NCBI RefSeq assembly: GCF_009914755.1
Contig: NC_060928.1
Length of the DNA stretch: 64,000 nucleotides
Source: the human T2T-CHM13v2.0 reference genome, Homo sapiens
Strand: one strand, 5' to 3'
Both the position numbers and the translations under genes were made by a program. This document shows, in pieces, positions 1 to 15,297 of the stretch. Positions within the stretch are counted from its first letter, which is position 1; every line of letters starts with the position of its first letter. The notes beneath the pieces were generated by a model. The model saw only the letters and a program-made list of their open reading frames with translations. It made no database searches and was not told where the DNA came from.

Positions 1-484
1 ACTCATCTCATTATGTTCCTAAAAGCCTGACAAAGATAGTGTGTATCGATTAAGAATCCTTTAAGACATGCTTTTCTCATAAATGCACCTTTGTGTAGCT
101 GCTCTGGGTCTGAAATTTTGGGCTCTCATTTCACTCGAACTGGGATGAACATTTCTGGGGACAAAACAGCTCAATGGCGTTTGTCAGGACCCCGTGGTTA
201 TACCCAGGAATGCAGAACACAGCTTTGAGTCACACAATCAGGACCCCCAGTCATGCCTCAGTAGTAAACACCGAGTTGTGAGTATGAATACTTGCTTAGA
301 AGGAAACCTAAATGGCTTTCCTTGGATTCCAAGTCCATCTTTTGGTTTCATTTCTGACAGAGCTCTAATTTTTCTCAGACTTCTAGCCTGCTCTCAAAAG
401 TAATACATGACATTGTTGCATGGAAAAAGTGTTAATGTAAATTTTGAGCCAGATAATTTACCCTATATTTTTCAGTTAAGTCTT

Positions 485-804
485 TTTAAATTAAAAAACA
501 AATTTTAACTATTGTAGGTACATAAGAGGTATATATATTTATGGGGTACATGTGATGTTTTGACACAGGCATGCCGTGTGTAATAATCAAATCAGGGTAA
601 TTAGGGTATCCATCACCCAAAGCATTTATTTCTTTGTCTTAGGAACATTCCGATTCTGCTCTTTTAGTTATTTTAAAATATACAATAAATAATTGTTGAC
701 TATCATCACCCTGTTGTGCTATCAAATACTAGATCTGATTCCTTCTATCTATTTTTGTACCTATTGATCATCCCCACTTTGTCCCCATTCCCACTACCCT
801 TCCC
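485..804 (-). mobile_element. L1M(A)-type LINE-1 3' end fragment
   Basis: Antisense L1 3'UTR motifs (ATGGGGTACATGTGATG, CACCCTGTTGTGCTATCAAATACTAGATCT); TSD TCAGTTAAGTCTT at 472-484 and 805-817. Confidence 0.85.
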
Positions 805-824
805 TCAGTTAAGTCTTAAACAAC

Positions 825-905
825 TATGTTTTGCAGATGAGGAAACCAAGGCTTTAAAAGAAAGCATAGAATTCTAGATTTGAACCCAGAACCATCTAAT
901 CTTTG
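825..905 (-). mobile_element. MIR fragment
   Basis: TTTTGCAGATGAGGAAAC core plus GATTTGAACCCAG. Confidence 0.65.
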
Positions 906-1914
906 CCTGCTCTACAAGAGTTCTTATTTTAATCTTTAATAATATTTTGAGATTCGGTCTTTGTTTAACATCATCCTCAGGCAAGGCAGGTTGTAATAAT
1001 TATACTACATAGTCCTCAGTTTTTAATCCAAATAAACTGTGTGGAAAATATTTTCCACCAAAGGTTTTAAAATCTGCTTAACTTGTCTTGCAAAGTCTTA
1101 TTTACTGACTTTCAGAATCTGGGCAGGAAGTACAATTTTTCATTTGTTTTGATTTTGCATATTTATTTGATTTCTTTTATTCCAGTTGGCTAGTTACTAT
1201 CTAAAAATGTAGTTATACATAATCACTGGCTAAAATATTGGCCCACTTCACCCTACAATCCTATAACTTAAAAATTGTATTTACTAAACAAATAATTTAT
1301 CATACATTCTCAGTGTAAAGATTCAGATACTATGCAACACGTAGATTGAAATACAAAGGTCTCCGTTCATCACCATTCCATTAGAACTTATACTGATCTC
1401 CAGGGATAGTCACCAAAAGCAGAAAGATATTTATCATTCCAGCCTTTTATACATGTGCTTAGGGATTTCTGTACATGTACCTACATATGTACTGGATTCA
1501 TTTATTCATTTAATTTAAAAGGCAGTTAGACTATGCTTGTTGTTTTATACTTGCTTTTTCTCCTGTAATATTTAAAGATGTTTGCATGTCAGTTCAAGTA
1601 GATCTACCTCATTCTTTTCATGGCAACACAGTATTTCATTTTCTAATACCAAAATTTCCTAAGGTGTGTTCCATGGTCAAAAAAAAATTGGGAAATACAA
1701 GGTTAAACACAGTTAACTAGGATTCCTTACTATAGACTATCAGAGGCCCCAGTATGGTAATGGACATTGTAAATCTCCAAGATGATCTATCCAGCATGGA
1801 ATGTGTAGCAAACTTCGTGTACCACTTTATTTAATTTGACGTCACAGCTTCTCCAGGGAGACGCTGCTTCTCATGGATGATGTAAATGTGGGAGAGCAGG
1901 CTAATACTTAGGAT

Positions 1915-2200
1915 GCCTGATCTCAGCTGGCTGCACTCAAGGGGCCAGTCAGCCGGATACAATTTAGCAGGAATAAAAATGTTGCACATTGGTTTTAAAT
2001 ATCAACAGCACAAGCATCGAATAAGGATTAATTATTTTTAGAAAAAGGGAAGTCTTCACAATTTTATATGAATGTGAGTTCGATACAAGCTATTAAGCTG
2101 ATTTGACTACTTAAGCTAATGAAAATTTCAGGTGCATAATTGGAATTATTGTGTCCAGATCAACGGAGGAAATTATTTCACTGTACTCATGCTGATCCAG
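1915..2200 (+). mobile_element. CR1/L3 LINE fragment
   Basis: Degenerate L3-like run ...AAGCTAATG...AGGTGCATAA...GTGTCCAGATCAA...CACTGTACTC. Confidence 0.5.
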
Positions 2201-2359
2201 CTTTAGTCCTTCAGCTACTCACAGGGAAAGCTCTACCTCTTAGCACCAGGGCCAATAACATGCTCTTGCCATTAACCCTGACTCAACCTTGGAAGAGGGA
2301 GGAAGGCGGCAGGAAGAGAACGTAGGAGCCTGGACATAACTTTAGAAAATAACAATAAC

Positions 2360-2512
2360 ACTGCATGTGACATGTTAGAGTTTATAAAGGGTTTCCCCAA
2401 GGATCCATTTACTCCTCTTAATTCAAGGCTGCAGATACTATTTCCCTCATTTTGCAAAGGAAGAAAATAAGCCTCAGAGAAGTTATCAAGACCAGAGCTA
2501 GGCCTTGAGCCT
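2360..2512 (-). mobile_element. MIR fragment followed by a (TTTTG)n run to ~2542
   Basis: CTCATTTTGCAAAGGAAGAAAATAAGCCTCAGAGAAGTTA core-like sequence. Confidence 0.6.
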
Positions 2513-3250
2513 AATTGTTTTGTTTTGTTTTGTTTTGTTTTTGATGCCAAGTCTAGGTTATTTCAACTGTATTCCATTTGTTTTTCTATGGGTGTGTTTT
2601 TAAGTATTTCTTCTTTCCATTGTCTGAATCTTTGCTGTTCCCCGGGATACTCCATCTGAACTGAGCTAATCTGGTTTCTGACTGCTCACCTGCTCTATAC
2701 ATTTCTCTTTTTGAACATAAATGCTGAAACTATTAATGATGAGTGGGTTTGCATCATTGCACTACTTTCCCAATATATTCTTCCACTCCCACCTGCTCTC
2801 AGCTCTTTGCTTCTCCAACAGGATCTGCGGCTGCCCATTTTCTCAGTGCTGCTTTCAGTAAACGTCCCCACTGCTTACATAACAGAAAGCCACTCACTTA
2901 CTTATCTGGAATGGCTGCTTACTCGTCAGTATCCTGCTGAGTAAGGGCTGGTCAACATTAAATGTTCTGGAGTGGTCTTTGGTGGTATCCACTCTTAATC
3001 ATTCATGGTATAAATAGGAAATGTAAAACTAAAAATTATATAATAAAATATCTAAGTAATGAAAAGCAATTTTTAAAGCATTCTATTGCCAAGGAAGAAA
3101 ACCTGTTTCTCAGTGAGGCATAGCTATTGTATAATGATTATTAAAATGTTGATACAATGCCTAGATTGCTGTTTATGTATTTTTCATTAGGTTAATGGAA
3201 AACATGAAAATTTCTGGTTGATAAATTTGCATACAAAATGTAATTTCTGA

Positions 3251-3595
<345 letters not shown>

Positions 3596-3957
3596 AAGCA
3601 TTTTTTTTAAAAGTCAAAAGTGTTGATGCATGTTCAAAAACAGATATTCAATTATTAAAAACCATTTTATCCAACGTATCACCTGAAAGTATTACCATAT
3701 TGAGCTTTTGTGTAAACTTTATGGAACTGGGGTTCAAACTTCAGAAACACATAGGAGATTTTTTGAGAAATGTTTAACTATATTGAAAAAAGGAGAGAAC
3801 TTTGGAAGATCATGATATGAATGTCATTTTTTTTTAAGAACAGATTGAAAACTGGCTTCTTTCTTCTTTCACAAACTGTCCATATAGCTATGGTGCTTGC
3901 GATTGACATTGGCATTATTGATGTACCAAATCACCTTTAAAATACTTACCTAAACAT

Positions 3958-4106
3958 GCTGGATGTGGTGGCTCACACCTGTAATCCCAACACTTTGGGA
4001 GGCCAAGGCAGGAAGATGGTTTGTGCCCAGTAATTCGAGGCTGCAGTGACCTATGATCAGACCATTGCACTCCAGCCCGGTTGACAGAGCAAGTCTCTTG
4101 TAAAAA
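3958..4106 (+). mobile_element. Alu monomer (FRAM/FLAM-like or recombined AluJ)
   Basis: Single ~150-bp monomer; degenerate TSD TTACCTAAACAT/TTACCCAAATAT. Confidence 0.85.
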
Positions 4107-4314
4107 AGTTTACCCAAATATTTTAGGTGCCTCAGAAAATCTCTCAGTCAATCAAGTAATGTAAACTAATAATTAAGCAGTAAATGTTACTACATGATGG
4201 GTGCTATGGGGGAAATCAAGAAGTTTAAGATAATGCCCCAAAACACAGGGAACTTCTAATCTAGTTGAAGAGCTAAGTCCATGCCTGACAGCAGAATAGG
4301 AGCTCATTGCCTAA

Positions 4315-4635
<321 letters not shown>

Positions 4636-4844
4636 TAATTATTAAGTGAACCAAAGAATTTCTCCCCACCCTCTAATATCTACCCTTGTGATGTAGATAT
4701 TAAATGAGAAGAGAAAGTAACTCTGTGTAGGAGGTGAGTTTTGAGTGATGTGGAAGGATGAGGTGGATGTGACCCACTTAAGAAGAGCCTGGACAGCATC
4801 ACAAGGAGGTGGGATGGCCAGAGGAAAGGATGAGAAAAACATTC

Positions 4845-4983
4845 ACTGAGTATTAATGATATTCCAGACCTTATGCGTATATTGTCTCATTTAATCCTCA
4901 TAGCACCCTAGGAAGTGAACCGTATTTTGCCCATTTTTCAGAAGAGGAAACTGGGGTGCAGCTCCAGATTCGAAAACTTGTGC
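4845..4983 (-). mobile_element. MIR fragment followed by a poly(T) tract to ~5007
   Basis: TCTCATTTAATCCTCA...CCCATTTTTCAGAAGAGGAAACTG. Confidence 0.7.
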
Positions 4984-6009
4984 TTTTTTTTTTTTTTTTT
5001 TTTTTTTGCTACACATTTTCTCTGTGAAAGCCTTAAAAGGTGAGCTAGCTCTCCCTAAATCTGTCATACAGATTGAAAGTCAACAGTGCCCTCACTTGAT
5101 AGATGGTAAGATAGAAGCATAAGGAATCATATGCATTTTCAAAATGAAATAGCCATTTGAGGTTACTATCAGTTCATCCTGATGGCCAAGCAGCACACCT
5201 TCCTTATCTATAAATCTCTTTCATGTTTAATAAATGTCCTTGAATTTGGCCCTTTGTTAATGTGACTTATGAGGTGTTTATTTCTTCAAGGCAATTATTT
5301 ACAAATTTATGAATTAACAATCTGGTCAATGTGTACCTGCGCCTAAGCAATTAGACAAATGTTGTTCTTGGCCTCTGCTGAAAACCCTCACCTCCCTATG
5401 ACTTTGCACCTTCTCTCTTCCTGATAACAGACAGAAGACATATTTCACTGGTGCTCAAATCAGCTCTGGCATTAATGGAGGTGCTGAATGACTTTAAGTA
5501 ATTATTTAGGACTGTAAATTTTTGTTTAGCTCACATATGTAACCCTTAATTGCCAATACTAATTAGAGATGGATGGAAACTTGAGGCCCAAAGATGCCAC
5601 AGAGGTTTACAGAATATAGACAGACTTCACTGAAAGATGGGATTCTAAATAATGTCTCTTCTTTATTTCCTTATCTTAACCACCTTTGAATCCTTTAGTT
5701 TCATTCACTAATAACAAGTTGATCCTGCTCTGGGAGCCAATGGAGTTTCATGGGACTTTGGTTTATACTCTGTTTTAAATTTCTCTTCTTTTAATGGAGT
5801 CACTCTCTTCTTCGAGACTTTTAGAAATTCATCTTCTCATTGTTACCAGGAGCAGCATTTTGCATTAGTCCATGATTGCACTTTCTATCTGAAGAATTCA
5901 TAAAGGTTCAAAATACATTGTTAAAAATTATCAGAATGCTATGGCATCAAAATACTGGTTGTCAAAGAATTCTTTGAAGTAATTTTAAAATTTTATTGTT
6001 TAAATAAAT

Positions 6010-6144
6010 TTTTTAAAAAAGAAAATAGAGACAGGATCTCTCTATGTTGCCCAGGCTGGTCTCGAACTCCTGGGCTCAGGTTATCCTTCTGCCTCTGGCT
6101 CCCAAAGTGCTGGGATTACAAGGCATCAGCCACCACATCCGACC
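6010..6144 (-). mobile_element. FLAM-type Alu monomer
   Basis: Antisense left-monomer sequence only. Confidence 0.85.
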
Positions 6145-6399
6145 TAGGGTGATTTTTAAAGAAGCACACTAATAGAGTTAACTTCATTGCAACATAAAAG
6201 CAATTCCATTGCAGTTTATTACTGTTTTAAAAAGCTGAACAGAATAGCAAAAGTGTAAAAACAAATCCTTCAATCCTTTTTACAATTTGGTAAACATTCC
6301 CTATAATTGTTTGTGCCGATGACAAAAATGTATACATAGGAGAGGCCATATATTTTATTAACCTACATATGCCTGTCAAGAATCTATCATGAGTATCTT

Positions 6400-8135
6400 T
6401 CTGTAGCAATACATGAGGATCTGTTTTATGCATTTGAATACTGCATAATATTTCTGTTTTTCTTTTTTAAAATTTGGTTTTACGACTCCACCAGATCACT
6501 GGAATAAATACTGCATGATGTTTCATTGTACGTATACATCATGATAATTCTATTGATGGAAAGTTTGATTTTTTTCCCTAATTTTAGCTTCTTAAAAAAG
6601 GGCAATAATAAATATTATTTTACATAACATATATTTTATCTATACCTTTTCACACTTAACTCTTAAATAAATTACCAGAAATTAGACTGATGAATCAAAG
6701 GGTAGGCACATTAACATTTTTGATACATAGTGTTAGTTTGCCCTCCAGAAATACATTGCCAACTTATATTTTAACAAACATGATGTGAAGGTACCTATTT
6801 ACCACCCACTTTATAGCACTTGACATGAACACACCATTTTGTCAAACTGGCAAATATTTTGTTTTCATTTGCATTTCTTTGATAGTTGCTGATGTTAAGC
6901 ATATTTTCCTTTGTTTAAAGTCCGTTTGTATTTCTTCCAAGAATTTATATCTTTTCCCCACTGCTTTAGCTTTTTCTTACTTATTTCTAACCTCTCTTCA
7001 TATATTATGGACCTTATTCTATTGCCATATATGTTGCAAATATTTCCTCAACATTGTTGTTTGTCAACTTTGTTATTGAAATATGGTAATTTTTACATTT
7101 AATTTTTAATACATCTGATATTTACCTTGACGTAAATAGGAGTTTAACCTACTTTGTTCCCCCAACATTTTAATAATTTTCCTGGTGCCATTTATTGAAT
7201 AATTCATTGTGTTAGATCAGTTGCAGTAATGACCTCAATTTGCTTACTCCTCCTTGTAACCATGCCCTTTGGTAGTGCCCTCCCCCATGGATTCTATGCT
7301 TGGTATTGACTTGTTTAGGCTGATGGGACAGTAGCAAATATGATACAAAAGAGCACTTGAAAAGTGATTATACATTGGGGCTTACCTGTTCTCTGCTCTT
7401 AGAACTCTGCCACTATCTAAACAAGCCCAGGTTAGCCTGACGGATGGTAAGAGACATGTGGCCCATTCACCCGTTTCTCCCAGACAATCATGAGATGTGT
7501 GAGTGAGACCATTTAAAACTAGTCAGCTCCACTGGCCAACCAGCTGACTACAGACACATGAGCAGGCTCAGCCAAGATCAACCAAGTCTGGTCAGATCCC
7601 AAATCCACCTGGCTTACTCTAGCCCAATTGCCATGCCACAGAATTATGAACTAAATAAATGTAAATGGTTCTTATTTCAATTGACTGAGGTTCTGAGTGG
7701 TGTGTCACACAATAAAAGATAACTAGTACATCCAGCTTACCTGTACTGATTTGAAAGTCGTATTTATCATACACTAAATTCCCACTTATACACGTGTCTA
7801 TTTCTGAGTTCCTTATTTTGTTTCTTTGATCTATTTATTTCTTCCCCTTCTAACACCACACTTAAAATTACTGTAGCTTTATGGCATGTTTTACTATTTG
7901 GTAGGTTAATTCCACCACCCCATAGCCATGACAATTTTTTTTTTTAGAAGAAATTTGTCAAGTTCCCCAAAATGTCTTGTTGGGATTTAATTTCAAATTG
8001 CATTAAGTTTTGTAATATTTTGCATTTTCAGTACAGAAATTGGATAAGTTTCTTTATCTGCTCTTATATTCTTCAGCAGCATTTTACATTTTTCTTCAAA
8101 AAAGTTCCACATAAATTCTTGTTTAGTTTATTACC
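6400..8135 (-). mobile_element. Old L1M fragments interrupted by an MLT1 LTR
   Basis: Degenerate antisense L1 motifs (TTTGCATTTCTTTGAT, ATATGTTGCAAATATTT, TACTGTAGCTTTAT); boundaries approximate. Confidence 0.6.
7208..7730 (+). mobile_element. MLT1-family (MaLR) solo LTR
   Basis: TG...CA ends; CCACAGAATTATGAACTAAATAAAT and GATAACTAGTACA 3' end. Confidence 0.7.
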
Positions 8136-8139
8136 TATT

Positions 8140-8867
<728 letters not shown>

Positions 8868-9191
8868 TTTGTATTTTGTGTTTTTGTTCTTTCTTCTAAA
8901 TTTTTCCTTATATTTTCTGATAACTTATTTTCCATAGAAAAACAAGTGATTAAAAAATGTTTTTTGTAACTCACACCTATGTTCTTTTATTGTATTTAAG
9001 AGTGGGGCTTTTTTGCTTGTTTTCAAACAACTATAATATTTTATATATATTTCATAAATATTTTATAAATATTTTGTTGTCTTTCTTTGGTCAGAGTTTC
9101 TGGAAAAATGGTGAAGAATAGAGTAAGACTTCTGCTTCTAGGAGTTTCAGATGAGATCATTTAGATCAATCCTCTTTCTGGTGACAAATTA

Positions 9192-9345
<154 letters not shown>

Positions 9346-9438
9346 ATTTAAAAGAATTTTTTTAAAAACCCTCTTCTTAAAAGCTTCAAAAAGCTAAGAA
9401 GATGATGAAGAATGAGAGGAAGAGAGTGCAGAATTTGA

Positions 9439-9769
<331 letters not shown>

Positions 9770-9804
9770 TGGAAGGGGGATTTGAACTTGAATCTTAAAG
9801 GCTG

Positions 9805-9988
9805 TGTAATAATAGCTCAATCGATGTTTTACATGCATATTATTACTTAATCTCTGTAACAACTTTATGAGGTAGGGACTATTATTATCTGCAGTTACAC
9901 ATAAGAAAATTGAAGCATAGCAATATCAAGTAACACGCCCAAGTTCATATAAGTGGGAGGTGAAGTATCAGAGATTCAAGTCTAGAGC
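9805..9988 (-). mobile_element. MIR
   Basis: ACAACTTTATGAGGTAGG...AAGTAACACGCCCAAG...GATTCAAGTCTAG. Confidence 0.7.
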
Positions 9989-10475
9989 ACGGGAGAATTT
10001 TCCAGAATGAGAGGTAGAGGTGGAAATGTTATAAACCGGGAAACAAAGGGAAGAAAGATACAAAACGGTCATGGTGTGGATTAACATGACATCCCATTTT
10101 GGCATAAGGGAATAATCTCAGGAGGCCTGTTACTGCTTAACAGGCAGATGGAAGATGACTTGAAGAATTAGATGAGGCAGTTTGGACTCAGTCATCTCCA
10201 AAGTGAGCAGCCATTAAGCACCTTTCACAAAAGAGCACATCCGGTAGGTGCTGCTTCCATCTATGTTCTCCCACTTCCCCTAGTGCTAACTGCATGAAAT
10301 TTTCTTCAGCTCAACCCTGTCTTCATTTCACCTCTTTATTTCTTTATTTTGGAAGCAGGATTTGATCTGACAACTCCTATATGAGGAGAGTCTCTATCTG
10401 CACAGTTCATTTTTGTTACTTTCCTTTTCCGTAATTCAGATAAATAAAAATGCCCATCAAAAGTCTCCAGTAGGG

Positions 10476-10778
10476 GGCTGGGCACAGTGGCTCACACCTG
10501 TAATCCCAGCACTTTTGGGAGGCTGAGGCAGGTGGATCACTTGAGCCCAGGAGTTCGAGACTAGCCTGGCCAACATGGTGAAACCCAGTCTCTACTAAAA
10601 ATACAAAAATTAGCCAGGCATGGTGGTGTGTCCCTGTAATCCCAGCTACTCAGGAGGCTGAGGCAGGAGAATCGCTTGAAGCCGGGAGGCAGAGGTCGCA
10701 GTGAGCCGAGATTGATGGCACCACCGCACTCCAGCCTGAGCGACAGAGCAAAGACTCTGTCTCAAAAAAAAAAAAAAG
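10476..10778 (+). mobile_element. AluS element
   Basis: Sense dimer with A tail. Confidence 0.95.
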
Positions 10779-12096
10779 GCTTCCCAATAGGGAAGGCTGC
10801 TTGAGTTTAATCTTTTAGTGTGTTTGGGGGCCGGGTGCAAAAAGTGAGACGTCTGAGAGAAGAGGAAGAGTAGCCAATATTAAGGGATAAAATAGCTGGA
10901 TGACCTGGAGGGATAGAGCTGTCAAAATGGAAGAAAAATTCATTTATGTGCTCAGGAAAGACAGTAGCTTATGATTTTCAGTGGGCCTTAGGAACTGTGA
11001 TCTAAACTGCCATTTAGCCACAAGGATGCCTTTTTATTTATTTTTTAAATTGCAAATTGCCTATTGCTATGATTCATAGAGTGATGTCCTTATACAATGA
11101 TGAAAACTAATGGTTTTTCTTCAAAAATCAACTTCAAAGTGCTGCTCCTTCATCTCTCCTGTGTCACCATTTCCCCTCCAAGCCAATGTCTACCCATATA
11201 TGCTTTTCATCCCGAAAAATAGTCAAATGCATCACTAAGATTTGGGTATCTAATAATTCCCCCCAACTCCGATGTATTTGACTAGACTCCCTGACTACTA
11301 CTTTTTTTTTTTCTAAATTAGAAAGAAACGAACAAAACAACAAACAACAAGTGTGAGACAGCTGGAGAGAGAATGAGTTAAAACTTCAAAACTCGAGTGT
11401 GCAGGCTGTTCCTGGGTCTGGCCCTGTCATTGTAATTCCTGTAGGGGTTCCTATAACTTCTCCTCTGAGTGAAGTACAAGAGGGAATTCTGAAAGCATTA
11501 GACACAAACTACTTGATATTTTTCCATGTGGTTTTCACCACTTCTTAGAGTAGGTATGGTCTCAAATTTTGGATTCTTTCTTCAGGCTTTTTTTTTTTAA
11601 ATAACTTTTGAAACCCTGTTTGTGATTTCTAAAAAGAGCAGCAAATGTTTCAAGGAAAAAAGGAAAAAAAAAAAGGTACATGAGAGTCCAATCTAGGAGA
11701 TTTACAGTGAGGAGCTGATGAGTTCTGTAAAAGTTGTGTTCAGCTCTGTTTCACCTGTGAGTTCCTGTACTTTTTTCTTTTTGTAATCACAATTATTATC
11801 CTGTAGCCACATGATAGGAAATGCTGTTATAGATGAAACAAAGACAGGCAGCATCTGGGCCACAGATTAGATAATAATGAAATTCTTTGTGGTTGACAAG
11901 AGAAAAATAATGGGTAATACAAAACTGTAATCATATTTTTCATGCATTAGCTACCTATAAATTGCATACCCTGAATATAAGCTGTTGCTGTGAAACTTTA
12001 AATGTTTAAGATTTAAAAAATGAACAAATATAATCAGTCTATTCTGATTATATATATAATGATTATGTGATGTATGAAGTCATATGCATATGAATT

Positions 12097-12324
12097 GAGC
12101 CTGCATGTCTGGAGGGCCGCTCCGCACATGCTAACATTCCTCTTCTACCCTGAACCTAGTCCTTAAAAACCCATGCACCGTTCAGAGAGAAGGTGCATTT
12201 AGAGTGAGAGCTTGCCTTCTCCATTCCCTGGCCAGTGAATAAAAACCTGATTGCCTTTTCCAATTGAATGTTCTTTCTGTGCAATATATACAAAGTGGAG
12301 AAAGAATTCGGTTTACCAGTGACA
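12097..12324 (+). mobile_element. 3' part of an ERV LTR (possibly MER54/MER73-like)
   Basis: TATA-like CCTTAAAAA, AATAAA at ~12238, ends CCAGTGACA; family uncertain. Confidence 0.5.
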
Positions 12325-12694
12325 ACAGGAAGGCTGTCAGCAGATGTGGCCCTTTGAACTTCTCAGCCTCCAGAACTGTAAGAAAGAAACTCCTTTTCTT
12401 TATAAATGACCTTTTCTTTATAAGTTTCAGGTATTCTGTTATAAGCAACAGAAAATGGACTAAATCAGAAAATTAGTACTGAGAAGTAGGGTTGTTGCTA
12501 TACAAATACCTGAAAACGTGGGAGCAGCCTTGGGACTTTGTAATGGGTGGGTGCCGAAAGAGTTTGGAGGAGCAGGCTAGAAAAAACTGTTTAGGTGTGA
12601 ATGGAGCATTAGGGGGTGATCCTGGTGAGGGCTCAGAAGAGAAGACTAGGGAAAGTCTGCATCTTCTTAGAGATTACTTAAGTGGTTGTGATCA

Positions 12695-13793
<1,099 letters not shown>

Positions 13794-14785
13794 TTAAGAG
13801 TGATGAACTGGAATATATGGCAGAAGAAATATTTCAACAGCAAAGCATTCAGGCCGCTGCATGACCACTTTTGGCTGTTTATAGTAAGATGAGAGAAGAA
13901 ACAGAGGGGAAAAATTTTGGAAAATTCACAGCCTGGCCATGTGGTAGAGAATGAAAGAGCATTTTCAAGAGAGGAAACCAAGGATGTGAACAAGTAACCA
14001 ATTAATGACAGAATTAGAACGAATGGAAGAAAGCCAGAGGCTCTTTGTTATGACAATGGGAGAAAACCCCTGAAGGCATTTCAGAGATCTTTGAGGCTGC
14101 CCCTCCCATTACAGGACCAGAGGTATAGGAGGGCAGAGTGGTTTTGGGGATAGGCTGCTGCCCAGGATCACTTCGGGTCTGTGTTCCCTGCATTTCAAGA
14201 CAGTGCTCCTCAGTGCCCCATCCATGGCTCAAGCAGCCCCAGGTGCATCTTGATCCACAGCTCCAGGAAGTATAAGTTGTAAGCCATGGTGGCATCCATG
14301 TGCTGTTGTCTATGGGGTTTCAGAATACAAGAGCTATGGGGATATGACTGTCTCCACCTATGTTTCAAAGAACGACTTGTACTGGAAGCCTAAGCAGAAA
14401 CCTGCCACAGGGGTGGAGCTGCCACAGAGAGCCTCTATTAGGTAAATTCCCAGCAGAAATGTAGGGTTGGAGCCACCACAGAGAGCCCCAGCAAGGGCAA
14501 TGCCTAATGAAACCATGGAAGCAGGACCACCAAGGAGACCACCTAACTGTAGGGCCACCAGCATGCAAACTAGCCTGGCAGACCTGTGATGTGGCTTGCA
14601 CCCAGCAAAGCCACTGGGGCAGGGCTTCCGGAGACCTTGGGGCCAAGCCACTACTCCAATGTCCCTAGGATGCAGGACACTGAGTCTAAGGAAATTATTC
14701 TCTAACTTGAAGACTTACTGTTGTTTTCCCTGTTGGGTTTTGGACTTACTTGGGACCTGCTACTCCTTTCATTTTGCCTATTTCT

Positions 14786-15297
14786 TTTTGGGGGTGGGGA
14801 TGGAGTCTCCTCTGTCATGCAGGCTGGAGTGTAGTGGTGCAATCTCAGCTCACTGCAACCTTTGCCTCCTGGGTTCCAGCAATTCTCCTGCCTCAGCCTA
14901 CTGAGTAGCTGGGATTACAGGTGCCCACCACCATACCACCATGCCTGGCTAATTTTTTTTGTTGTTGTTGTTGTTGCTTTTTTTTTTTTTTTTTTTTTGC
15001 ATTTTTAGTAGAAATGGGGTTTCACCATGTGAGCCATGGGAGCAGGCCCACCAAAGAGACCACCTAACTGTAGGGCCACCAGCATGCAAACCAGCTTGGG
15101 AGTGCTGTGATGTGCCTTGCACCCAGCAAAGCCACAGGGGCAGGGCCTCCTGAGATCTTGGGGCCCAGCCCCTTCTCCAGTGTACCTAGGATGCAGGACA
15201 CTGAGTCAAAGTGTCTCGAACTCTTGACCTCAGGAGATCACCTCTCCTTAGCCTCGCAAAGTGCTGGGATTATAGGCGTGAGCCACCGTGCCTGGCC
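14786..15297 (-). mobile_element. AluS element interrupted by a 180-bp locally copied MST-int segment
   Basis: Antisense Alu; TSD CATTTT(T)GCCTATTTCT at 14770-14785 and 15298-15314; foreign segment 15031-15211. Confidence 0.92.

Noticed and set aside
1655-1850. Possible hAT-type MER DNA transposon fossil
   Set aside because: Too degenerate to assign a family or ends by eye
3942-3951. ATACTTACCT, matching the U1 snRNA 5' end
   Set aside because: The similarity ends after 10 nt, so it is not a U1 pseudogene; kept only as a minus-strand donor candidate
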